Shown piece after piece: positions 40,996 to 49,350 of a DNA stretch of 64,000 nucleotides. The notes below the pieces were generated by a model. It was not told where the DNA came from. It made no database searches and was given only the letters and a program-made list of their open reading frames with translations. Origin of the DNA: Candidatus Omnitrophota bacterium. Lineage in GTDB: Bacteria; Omnitrophota; Gorgyraeia; Gygaellales; Profunditerraquicolaceae. Every line of letters starts with the position of its first letter. The first letter of the stretch is position 1. The position numbers were made by a program, and so were the translations under genes. Location: contig JAPLLW010000007.1 in the NCBI GenBank assembly GCA_026387355.1, forward strand, positions 170,198 through 234,197, read 5' to 3'.

Positions 40996-41222
40996 TTTGG
41001 TAACCCCGCTATCCGCCACACTTCATGACGGACCGGAAGCTTTGCCTCTGCTTCGCTCTTTAATTAATGACTTATTAACTTTCGAGCTTCGCAGAGCCCT
41101 ACGAAGTCCGTCATAGCTTTTTCAAGCCTATTAAAGGACGAAGTAGGGGCCCCAACATTACTGTTAGTTTGCCTCCGCCACACTTCGTGGCGGACCCGCC
41201 ATCTTTGTGGCGGGTTTATCAC
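40996..41222 (-). ncRNA. Cyclic-di-GMP-I (GEMM) riboswitch interrupted by palindromic inserts
   Basis: After removing four inserts the minus strand reads GATAAAGGCAAACTAACA-GTAA-TGTTGGGGCGCAAAGCTTCCGGTCC...GGATAGCGGGGTTACCAA, matching the c-di-GMP-I consensus (GGCAAA, GNRA loop, GCAAAG, AGCGGGGTTACC). Confidence 0.85.
41012..41214. repeat. Cluster of short GC-rich palindromic elements (41012-41032, 41046-41096, 41097-41148, 41174-41194, 41195-41214)
   Basis: TCCGCCACACTTC(G/A)TG(G/A)CGGA x2, CCCGCCATCTTTGTGGCGGG, CTCTGC-TTC-GCTC..GAGC-TTC-GCAGAG, CCCTAC-GAA-GTCC..GGAC-GAA-GTAGGG. Confidence 0.9.
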
Positions 41223-41266
41223 TAGGTCAAATGCACCAAATTGTCAAAGTGTCAAATTACACTTGA

Positions 41267-41296
41267 AGTATAACATATTTTTTTGGCATTTGTCAA
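41267..41296 (-). promoter_or_regulatory. Sigma70 promoter driving the riboswitch leader
   Basis: TTGACA-18 nt-TATACT with TGn extension. Confidence 0.75.
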
Positions 41297-41302
41297 GGTG
41301 CC

Positions 41303-43495
41303 CTAATTTTGAGTTTCCAGGCTCAAAATCTCTGCTTTTACCTCTTTATAGCTTATAAGATCCAAACTACTATAAATTTCCTGCGCCTGGCGCAGATGTT
41401 CCCTGGCTTTGCTCTTTTTACCCAGCTTCTTAAACAGCAATCCCAGATTTCGCTCTGCTGCGGCCAATTCTAGCCTTGAATGGACCTGGGTAGCAAATAT
41501 AACTGCCTGTTTTAAGGCCTCTTCTGCCTCTAGGGACCTATCCATTTCCATATAGAGCTCGCCAATCATGTTATAATCAGAAGCTAAATTTACCTTATTG
41601 CCCTGCAACTGATCAATTCTTAGGCCGGAAAGATAGGAATCTAGCGCCTTTTGATACTGTTTTTCATATAAATAGAGCTCTCCTAAGTTAAAATAGTAAT
41701 CGCTTAGCTCATGCTTAAGCGCTAATTTCTCAAAAAGCGCCTGGCTTTTACGGTAAAATTGTTGGGCAGTGCCATAATCGTCCTTATTAGCAAAAACCAG
41801 GCCAATATCAAAATAATCGCAAGCCAGATTATAACGATGCGCATAAAGATGCTGATGCTCTAAGTTAATAGCTGTGCTTTTAGTTAACAAAACAAGTGCG
41901 GTGTCGTAATCCTTCTTATCTGTATGCCAGACCGCAAGCTTACGCAGCGCTATAGCCTCATTTAACTTATCACCATGCTTGACTGCAAGATTAAGCGCCT
42001 TATTGTAGAAATCAAGGGCTTTTGCATATTCACCTTCTAATTGATAAAACCAACCGATTTCAATATACGCTGATAAAAGGCTCTTAGTATCCTGTTTTTT
42101 CTCAACCAGTAGCGCATAAGTAAAATAGAAATTAAGCGCTTTTTCTTTATCACCGGTCCGGTAATATGTATCTGCCAATAGGTGATAAATCTCGGCAAAA
42201 GACTTATCTTTACTAATTATTTGCTCACCTAGCCTAAACACCTCTTCATTCTTACCTTTAGCAAATAATTTATTTGCCTTTAAATAAAGATAATACGCTC
42301 CCGGGTTAGTGGTTGGCAACCACAAATAAAAGAATGTGCTTAGCAAGAAAATGCTCACTAAAAGAATAATTCCGGGTATCCATTTCTTACTTAATTTTAA
42401 TTTGTGCCTTGGCTTAATTGACTTTTGTTTTGGCTTAAATATAACAAAACCAGGATCTCCGTAAAGTAAGTAATTAGCCCAATGTAATGAAATTATCCCA
42501 TATTCGTTAACTAGTTTAACTCTGGCTAAACGCACGCTCTCTCCCACTGATCTTCCATGGATCAGACAATGATAAAATTCTTTGGCAAAGGTTAGGCTTG
42601 CGCAATCTTCAATTCTACGTATCGATCCTATATAATGCCTTACTCCGGAAAATAGAAATGCCGCAGCTAGAGAATAATTCTTTCTCTGATAATCATGTTC
42701 AATTATAACCTCAACTCCTGCTTGGGCTGAATGACATGCATTTGAGAATACCAGCGTCGGTAAAGAGGCAGCCTGGCCCATACTTAAAATATCCTGAATG
42801 GAAAATTTACCATCGCTTAAGACCCAGCCGCTATTCTTTGGGTTCTGCGCTACATATTCGCAATGACCGGCAAAATGAACTATATCGTAATCGCAAAAGT
42901 TCTTTTTAACATACAGTTTATCAATATTGGTTGATTTGAAATCCACATGCATGGATGAGATGCTACGAGAAAACTGATTCTTGATATTTAAACCCTCCGC
43001 ATATGCCGCTTTTAAATCATCGGTAGGATTAGCTAGAATTAGCATCTTATAGATGTGCGTAGGATTGCGGTACTGAAGTACGCCTGCCTGGCTTTTAGTT
43101 CTTACTTGCCTGCCAATATTAAAACTCAAACAGAGAAAGTTCTGCCCGTCATACAAAACCTCCCAGGGGATATTGATTAATTCTTCGTCGATAACCAGCG
43201 CTAGATTTAAGACTTCACTTGCCTTTAATCTCTCCTTAACTGAGCGGCTAAGTAGATGATCCCAAAGCGCCTGGCCTGTCTTTTGAAGGTTTTTGATTAT
43301 TGCAGAATCTTTTGCTTGGGCCTTGTTCCAAACTGAGGTAATCTCATGACAAAGCTTATCGATCTCGCTAAAATCTATCTTGTGCTGGCTATAACGCTTA
43401 AGCGTTGAAGCAGTCTCTTCTGAATCAAAGATACTCATCTTCAGAAGATCATCCTGCCGGCTTATTTCTAAAACTAATCCTTTTTCACTCTGCAT
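41303..43495 (-). CDS. CHAT (caspase/HetF-like) protease - TM helix - TPR repeat protein
   Basis: IPWEVL, VHFAGH (catalytic His), FSNACHS (catalytic Cys), WANYLLYGDP; basic stretch then TM WIPGIILLVSIFLLSTFFYLWL; multiple C-terminal TPRs. Confidence 0.9.
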   Translation of the reverse strand: MQSEKGLVLEISRQDDLLKMSIFDSEETASTLKRYSQHKIDFSEIDKLCHEITSVWNKAQAKDSAIIKNLQKTGQALWDHLLSRSVKERLKASEVLNLALVIDEELINIPWEVLYDGQNFLCLSFNIGRQVRTKSQAGVLQYRNPTHIYKMLILANPTDDLKAAYAEGLNIKNQFSRSISSMHVDFKSTNIDKLYVKKNFCDYDIVHFAGHCEYVAQNPKNSGWVLSDGKFSIQDILSMGQAASLPTLVFSNACHSAQAGVEVIIEHDYQRKNYSLAAAFLFSGVRHYIGSIRRIEDCASLTFAKEFYHCLIHGRSVGESVRLARVKLVNEYGIISLHWANYLLYGDPGFVIFKPKQKSIKPRHKLKLSKKWIPGIILLVSIFLLSTFFYLWLPTTNPGAYYLYLKANKLFAKGKNEEVFRLGEQIISKDKSFAEIYHLLADTYYRTGDKEKALNFYFTYALLVEKKQDTKSLLSAYIEIGWFYQLEGEYAKALDFYNKALNLAVKHGDKLNEAIALRKLAVWHTDKKDYDTALVLLTKSTAINLEHQHLYAHRYNLACDYFDIGLVFANKDDYGTAQQFYRKSQALFEKLALKHELSDYYFNLGELYLYEKQYQKALDSYLSGLRIDQLQGNKVNLASDYNMIGELYMEMDRSLEAEEALKQAVIFATQVHSRLELAAAERNLGLLFKKLGKKSKAREHLRQAQEIYSSLDLISYKEVKAEILSLETQN

Positions 43496-43500
43496 TCTGC

Positions 43501-44202
43501 TTAACCTTTTATATCTAATATAATTGAAGCAAGTTTGCCTTTGTCGCTAAGCACCTCTAAACTATACCTACCCAATAAAATATGCTCAAAAACAACCGGG
43601 CCAACGGCGCCAGAATATGATTCCAACTCCAAATTATCCTTAAACAGAGAGACTCTTAAATCCTTAATTGCATCCTGGCTGCGCTTATCTGCCACCTTAA
43701 TTATGACATTAAAATACTTATCACCTTTATTCTCAATTCTTACTTCTATTTTTTTATCGCCGATGTTTTTTAAAATCACTACCTCACCCTTAAAATCTTT
43801 TATGTTACGGCTGCGTAAAACCGGAGCCGGAATCAACTCCTGGCCCATAAGAATATCTCCGGTTGTATTAATTACCTCGAAAACATTTTCCTTAAGCCTT
43901 AACAATATCTCAAATACATTGAGCTTATTGCCTGCATCTAACAGCGCTCTTACGCGACAAAGCAGTTCCTCGGGGACATCTAAAGCTTCTGACTTCTCGC
44001 TATTTAGGCTAAGCGCTAAAATCTCTGCGCAACTTTCACATGTTAATAGATGTGTTTTAATACGCTCGCTTTCTTCGGACGGCAAGACCCCATCTAAGAA
44101 ACAGGCAAAAGTCTCATCATCCGGATGCTCTCCTTCAATACGGGAGCGCTTCTTCGCTCTTCTATAAAGCAGCTTAACTAACTCTTCAAACTTCTCAGAC
44201 AT
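43501..44202 (-). CDS. zf-HC2 anti-sigma factor, soluble, with C-terminal beta-rich domain
   Basis: HPDDETFACFLDG...HLLTCESC (H-x3-C-x2-C); no TM segment; directly downstream of sigma gene. Confidence 0.85.
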   Translation of the reverse strand: MSEKFEELVKLLYRRAKKRSRIEGEHPDDETFACFLDGVLPSEESERIKTHLLTCESCAEILALSLNSEKSEALDVPEELLCRVRALLDAGNKLNVFEILLRLKENVFEVINTTGDILMGQELIPAPVLRSRNIKDFKGEVVILKNIGDKKIEVRIENKGDKYFNVIIKVADKRSQDAIKDLRVSLFKDNLELESYSGAVGPVVFEHILLGRYSLEVLSDKGKLASIILDIKG

Positions 44203-44234
44203 AGTCCTCTCCTACAATAATAGACGCGCTCACA

Positions 44235-44840
44235 CTATAAATCTAACTTAAATCCTTTTCCCTTAAAACACTCCTGCAGCTTCTCAATGAACCTGGCTTT
44301 CTGCATATCTATAGCGCCACGCGAAAGCTTTAAAAAATCCTTTAATACCTCCAGCTTTATCCCCTGGTTAATATTTAACTCAATAAGATACTTCTCCTGC
44401 TTACTTAACTTTTCAATGCAATCATTTAGACTATTAAGCATCTCTTCGTAATTTAAAAGGTCCGGAATAGAGATTGAGTTATCGGTTAATAAGTCTTTGA
44501 GGGCGACACCTTCCCCAACTTCCGCATCAAGGGAAACAGTTGATTTAAGCCTGCGTAAATAATCAAGCGTCAGATTTATGGTAACCTTCCTTAGCCATGA
44601 AGCCAGACTGCAACCGTTTATAGCCTTAAAACTGCGTAGTTTCTTGTAGTCGTCTTGGATTAAAGCAGAAAATAGCTCTTGGAAAATATCTTCGATGAAA
44701 TCCTGGTTAGCAGAAAAACCCTTTGAATTTAAGACACTGTGGATGTACTTGTAGATTAACAGGCGATAACGCTTCAAGAATTCATCCCAGGATTGCTTAT
44801 TACCACTACAGCATCCCTGGACAAAATCCAGATCGTTCAT
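44235..44840 (-). CDS. ECF-type RNA polymerase sigma factor
   Basis: Region 2 (EDIFQELF...SLASWLRKVTINLTLDYLRR) and region 4 (CIEKLSKQEKYLIEL..HTH). Confidence 0.9.
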   Translation of the reverse strand: MNDLDFVQGCCSGNKQSWDEFLKRYRLLIYKYIHSVLNSKGFSANQDFIEDIFQELFSALIQDDYKKLRSFKAINGCSLASWLRKVTINLTLDYLRRLKSTVSLDAEVGEGVALKDLLTDNSISIPDLLNYEEMLNSLNDCIEKLSKQEKYLIELNINQGIKLEVLKDFLKLSRGAIDMQKARFIEKLQECFKGKGFKLDL

Positions 44841-44846
44841 AGGTGC

Positions 44847-44855
44847 ATTATAGCA
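44847..44855 (-). promoter_or_regulatory. Extended -10 element implying leaderless sigma transcript
   Basis: TGCTATAAT only 6 nt before the ATG; no SD sequence. Confidence 0.55.
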
Positions 44856-44882
44856 TTTTCGACCCTAAAAACAACAATAAAT

Positions 44883-44968
44883 GGGGTCAGAATTAATTCA
44901 AATAAAGGGGTCAGAATTATTTATTCAAACCTTAATAGCCGGAATAAATAATTCTGACCCCTTTATTT
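44883..44968. repeat. GGGGTCAG palindromic element, copy B (half copy plus full long-form copy)
   Basis: GGGGTCAGAATTAATTC followed by aaataaaGGGGTCAGAATTATTTATTC..GAATAAATAATTCTGACCCCtttattt. Confidence 0.9.
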
Positions 44969-47191
44969 CTACTTTGGGTCAAAAAGTGTCCCCAAGAGCA
45001 ATAGGCTGCTCAACTTAAAAGCGACAATAAGTAAACAAGCGTTAAAAAAGCCTAGGATTGGTAAAAATACAACTCCTGCGAATATACCAGCTAACCAACC
45101 ACCTATAAGATCGCAGGCATAAAGTACACCTGAAGTACTACCTACCTTATCTTCTTTACTAGAGTATAACTTTCCAGCTAAAGGAAATTCCAACCCCATC
45201 AACATCCCTGATATGAAAAACAACAAGTAAAAAACTGTTGAATTTACGAATCCTGCAAAATTAACGATAAAATACCCAACACTAAAAGAAAATACAGCAA
45301 TTAATATCTCTAGCTTAATTAAGGTACGCAAAGCATTCTTTAATTTAGCAAGTTTAGCAGAAATTAAAATACTACCAGCTGCAATTCCAGCCATAAATAT
45401 AGCGGTTAGCATGCTTATATTCTGATATAAAGACCCATAAAAAGCCTGGTATGCAAATATCAACAGCAGATTAACCAACATCCCAAAGAATCCGGTTGTA
45501 AAAATTGCGTAGGCAACTGGAATCTTCTGGCTACGTCTCAATTTTGCTACTAAACATACTCCTAGTACAATCAATAAAACCATAATTAAACTAATCTTTA
45601 GATTTACATATTCAAAATAATCAAAAACCCTGCTAAATTGCGCTGAAAACTTTTTATTTATAATCATTAGCGTCTGGAAAACTGCTAACGGACGCAAATC
45701 CCGATTCTGCTCTTTTGTTGCTCCGGACATTTGCCGATTAAACCAATCTACCCAATCGTTGCTTAATCTATATTCAAGATATTTTGGAATTAAAATATCT
45801 TGCGGTATATTATTCCTAAATATTCTTTCGGATAATACTTTCGAACTAACTTGCATAATTTCACTAGAATCAGAGGCAATAAATATATTGCAATCTCCGG
45901 GTATCACTCGCACATACTTATTAACAAACCTCAACGAATTTAACACACTAGCATTTAAGTCTTTTAATTCTTGGCTCATATACGCCAATGAACCCGGCAT
46001 CCATAATGCTAGCAAACCGCCAGGATTTAAATGCTGCTTAGCTAATGCAAAAAACTCTGTAGTAAAATATCGATTACTTGATAAATCGGATTGATTTGAA
46101 AACCCAAACATTATTACATCGTAATGCGATTTATTATCTCTTAAGAATAACTTGGGGTCTGTATTAACTATTTTTATTCTCCCGTCGCTGAATTCCTTGA
46201 CCGTTAAAGCTGTGGAATACTTTTTAAGCTTTTCTATGATTATCGGGTCAATTTCAACATAATCTAACCTTTTAATTGGATACTGTAAAATCTCAGCAAT
46301 CAAACCACCCGCTCCTGAGCCTGCCAATAAAACCTTTTGTGGGCTAGGACTAAATAATAACGGAAGATTACCAAATTCCTTTACAAATTGCTTATCAGGA
46401 TACGGCGAGATTATAATCGGAATACCATTATAAAAGAATGTATACTGCTCAAGCTTTTTCGTAACAACGATATTGGCATAACTGGAATTTTGATAGTTCA
46501 AGACCTGCTGATTACTCCACTGTTTTTTCACTGACTCGCTCTGAAAATTATCTATTATGCTGCGCGAAAATAGAACAAAAATCAAAATAACAACAGCGGT
46601 AGCCAGATGTTTTATATTTCTTTTCGGGATTAATTGTACAGAAACCACTAAATTCAAGAATGAAATAATAAAAACGGTTTGAAAAGAATTAAAATTAGGG
46701 ATAAGCGCATATGTCAAAAGGGCTCCACCGATAATTGTCCCTAAAGTTTCCCAGGTATATATTTTACCCAGCGAATTCTCAGGCTTTTTGAGCGAATACA
46801 CCTTACAACCACAACTAAACAGACCGCCGTGTAAAAAAGCTAACGGCAAAATTATTAGAAACGACACGCTAAATATTACGGGTAAAGAAATACCTTCGGC
46901 AAAAGGTATTCCTAGAATTGTCTTAAATATCCTTGAGTAATAAATAGCAACAGGCAAAATCAAAGAAAATATGGTATTCATAACGATAAAGAAACTTAAT
47001 CTAGCCTTGATCTTATCTACAAGCTTTCCAATTACGTAGACGCCCAATGCCTCTAGAATCACCCAATTAGCCAGTATGATGCCAATGGTAAGTTCATTCC
47101 CCTGAAAACTCACCAATAGCTCGCGCAAGATAAGCACCTGCGCAACTATTCCGCTTAACCCGACTAGTAATATGGCAACTAATATATTCAT
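44969..47191 (-). CDS. Fused MFS-like membrane domain / spermidine synthase-like protein
   Basis: SG..AQ..LREL..FQGNEL, S.Y.NIVV, GSGAGG, VEIDP, NRYFTTEFF, DLIGG; start set at ATG (MNILV) because the listed TTG lies in a repeat. Confidence 0.85.
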   Translation of the reverse strand: MNILVAILLVGLSGIVAQVLILRELLVSFQGNELTIGIILANWVILEALGVYVIGKLVDKIKARLSFFIVMNTIFSLILPVAIYYSRIFKTILGIPFAEGISLPVIFSVSFLIILPLAFLHGGLFSCGCKVYSLKKPENSLGKIYTWETLGTIIGGALLTYALIPNFNSFQTVFIISFLNLVVSVQLIPKRNIKHLATAVVILIFVLFSRSIIDNFQSESVKKQWSNQQVLNYQNSSYANIVVTKKLEQYTFFYNGIPIIISPYPDKQFVKEFGNLPLLFSPSPQKVLLAGSGAGGLIAEILQYPIKRLDYVEIDPIIIEKLKKYSTALTVKEFSDGRIKIVNTDPKLFLRDNKSHYDVIMFGFSNQSDLSSNRYFTTEFFALAKQHLNPGGLLALWMPGSLAYMSQELKDLNASVLNSLRFVNKYVRVIPGDCNIFIASDSSEIMQVSSKVLSERIFRNNIPQDILIPKYLEYRLSNDWVDWFNRQMSGATKEQNRDLRPLAVFQTLMIINKKFSAQFSRVFDYFEYVNLKISLIMVLLIVLGVCLVAKLRRSQKIPVAYAIFTTGFFGMLVNLLLIFAYQAFYGSLYQNISMLTAIFMAGIAAGSILISAKLAKLKNALRTLIKLEILIAVFSFSVGYFIVNFAGFVNSTVFYLLFFISGMLMGLEFPLAGKLYSSKEDKVGSTSGVLYACDLIGGWLAGIFAGVVFLPILGFFNACLLIVAFKLSSLLLLGTLFDPK

Positions 47192-47198
47192 ATCAGTA

Positions 47199-47238
47199 AA
47201 CAAAAAGGGGTCAGAATTAATTCTGACCCCTTTTTGTT
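47199..47238. repeat. GGGGTCAG palindromic element, copy C; probable terminator after gap
   Basis: Perfect palindrome AACAAAAAGGGGTCAGAATTAATTCTGACCCCTTTTTGTT. Confidence 0.9.
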
Positions 47239-47272
47239 AGGAATAACTAGATGAACCGCATAAATTCAGCTA

Positions 47273-48325
47273 TTATAGCCCTTTCTTGATTATATACTCG
47301 CACAGATCAACCACTCTGTTTGAATAACCCCATTCATTATCATACCAAGAGAGCACCTTTATAAAATCATCCTGAATAACCTTAGTACACCCTGCATCAA
47401 CTATAGAACTTAAAATACAGTGATTGAAATCAACTGAGACAACCGGATCCTCAGTATACCCAAGGATTCCTTTCATCCTACCCTCAGAAGCCTCTTTCAT
47501 CGCTGCATTTATCTCCTGAACTGTAGCTTTCTTAGCTAGTAAGCAGGTTAAATCAACAACCGAAACATTCGGCGTAGGTACACGGATAGCAAAACCATCA
47601 AGCTTTCCCTTTAAATCAGGGATAACTAACGAGATTGCTTTTGCTGCGCCAGTTGAAGTAGGGATCATGGAAATAGCTGCTGCGCGTGCGCGACGCATAT
47701 CAGAATGAGCCATATCCTGTATCCTTTGGTCATTAGTGTAAGAGTGGATTGTAGTCATTAAGCCTTTTGTTATACCCCACTTGTCATTTAAAACTTTTGA
47801 GATAGGAGCGAGGCAATTCGTAGTACAGGATGCATTCGAAAGTACATTATGAATTTTAGGATCATACTTATCCTCATTAACACCCATAACTATGGTAATA
47901 TCTTCGCCTTCAGCAGGTGCAGAGATAACCACCTTCTTTGCTCCACCCATAGTAATATGACTTTCAGCACCCCTTACCTCTTTACCCTTCTTATTTATTC
48001 CGTCTTTCTTAATCGTAAATAAGCCTGTGGATTCAACTACTATTTCAACCCCTAAATCTTTCCAGGGTAACTCAACAGGATCCTTCTTACTTAAAACTTT
48101 GATCTCTTTACCATTTACTGAAATGACATCTTCACCCACAACTTTGATTTCACCGTTGAAGCGTCCATGCACTGAATCATACTTTAAAAGCAGCGCATTT
48201 GATTTTGCATCAGTTAAATCATTCACAGCGACGAGCTCTAAATCCTTAGAGTTCTTTTCTAAAATAGCGCGGGCAACTAACCGGCCGATCCTTCCAAAAC
48301 CATTGATACCAATCTTTACAGCCAT
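47273..48325 (-). CDS. gap: Glyceraldehyde-3-phosphate dehydrogenase
   Basis: [31 protein letters not shown]. Confidence 0.97.
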   Translation of the reverse strand: MAVKIGINGFGRIGRLVARAILEKNSKDLELVAVNDLTDAKSNALLLKYDSVHGRFNGEIKVVGEDVISVNGKEIKVLSKKDPVELPWKDLGVEIVVESTGLFTIKKDGINKKGKEVRGAESHITMGGAKKVVISAPAEGEDITIVMGVNEDKYDPKIHNVLSNASCTTNCLAPISKVLNDKWGITKGLMTTIHSYTNDQRIQDMAHSDMRRARAAAISMIPTSTGAAKAISLVIPDLKGKLDGFAIRVPTPNVSVVDLTCLLAKKATVQEINAAMKEASEGRMKGILGYTEDPVVSVDFNHCILSSIVDAGCTKVIQDDFIKVLSWYDNEWGYSNRVVDLCEYIIKKGL

Positions 48326-48365
48326 TTTGTTTCCTCCTTTTAAGCAATATGTTGGTTAATTATAC

Positions 48366-49350
48366 CTATTTCGAATTTAAATATTTAGCGGCTAACTCCG
48401 GAGGCGTAGAATTGACGTAGAAACCCGTACCCCATTCAAAACCTGCGACCTGTGTCAGCTTAGGCATAAACTCAATATGCCAATGATAAAACTCTCCGTC
48501 CCCTTCACCATTAATCGGAGCAGAGTGAACAATATAATTATATGAAAGATTCGGGAAAACCCTCTTCATCTTTACAATTGTCTCTTTTAGGATCTCTCCA
48601 AGGGCAGAGAGTTCTCCGGATAAATCCTGACAAAAATGACCGCTATGCTTCTTAGGAATTATCCAGGTTTCAAAAGGAAAACGCGAAACAAAAGGGCAAA
48701 AAGATAAAAAGAACTTATTCTCCGCAACTATGCGCTCTTTTTCCTCAATCTCTTGTCTGATAATATCGCAAAATATGCATCGCTCCCGGAAATCAAAATA
48801 TGCCTTTGCCCCATGTATCTCCTCTAGCGCATTCTTGGGAACCATAGGAAGCGCAACAATCTGTGTGTGTGGATGCTCTAAGGACGCCCCTGCTGCAGGA
48901 CCAAAATTCCTAAAATACATCAAATATTTAAAACGTTTATCTTTTGCTAAATCCGTTCCTCGACGGCAACACATCCTTAAATAATTTTCAACTTCAATCT
49001 GAAATATCTTTTGCATGATACGGTGTTTCAATTAAAACCTCATGCGCACCAACGCCATTTGACATATCATAAAGACCAAGTGGCCTACGATCAAGATCAC
49101 CTTCAATCTGTAAGGCAGGATATTTATTTGCCACTACGCGCACCTGCCACCCTGAACTGTTCGGCCAGGTCTGAGGATCACGAATTGACTCAATTTCGGG
49201 AGGAGTCATAGACTCATTGCCGTAACAAAATGGACAGACTCCGCCTTTCGGGACATACTGATCGTATTGAAAATCATCCGGTCTCGAAGGATGATCTGTA
49301 TCTACAATCACCCACCTACCTACAATAGGATCTTTTCTTAATTCAGCCAT
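48366..49350 (-). pseudogene. galT: GalT-like uridylyltransferase paralog 2, frameshifted near 48995
   Basis: N-half 48994-49350 and C-half 48366-49031 are colinear with the neighbouring full-length paralog; about 11 nt missing at the junction; HPH motif present. Confidence 0.8.

Noticed and set aside
40690-41028. Plus-strand 112-aa ORF
   Set aside because: Antisense to the RHH-like gene, the small peptide, the terminator and the riboswitch; no RBS or recognisable motif.
41012-41214. Mini CRISPR array
   Set aside because: Units differ in sequence and length, are palindromes abutting each other, and lack a regular repeat-spacer period.
43535-44167. 210-aa plus-strand ORF
   Set aside because: Entirely antisense to the zf-HC2 anti-sigma gene; Ser/Leu-rich composition typical of an antisense frame.
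41303-44840. Type III-E CRISPR Craspase locus
   Set aside because: No Cas7-11/gRAMP, other cas genes or CRISPR array in the window, and the domain order is CHAT-TM-TPR rather than soluble TPR-CHAT. Kept only as a mechanistic analogy.
48985-49031. Programmed ribosomal frameshift in galT paralog 2
   Set aside because: No convincing slippery heptamer at the junction, and alignment to paralog 1 shows about four codons missing, which indicates a deletion rather than recoding.
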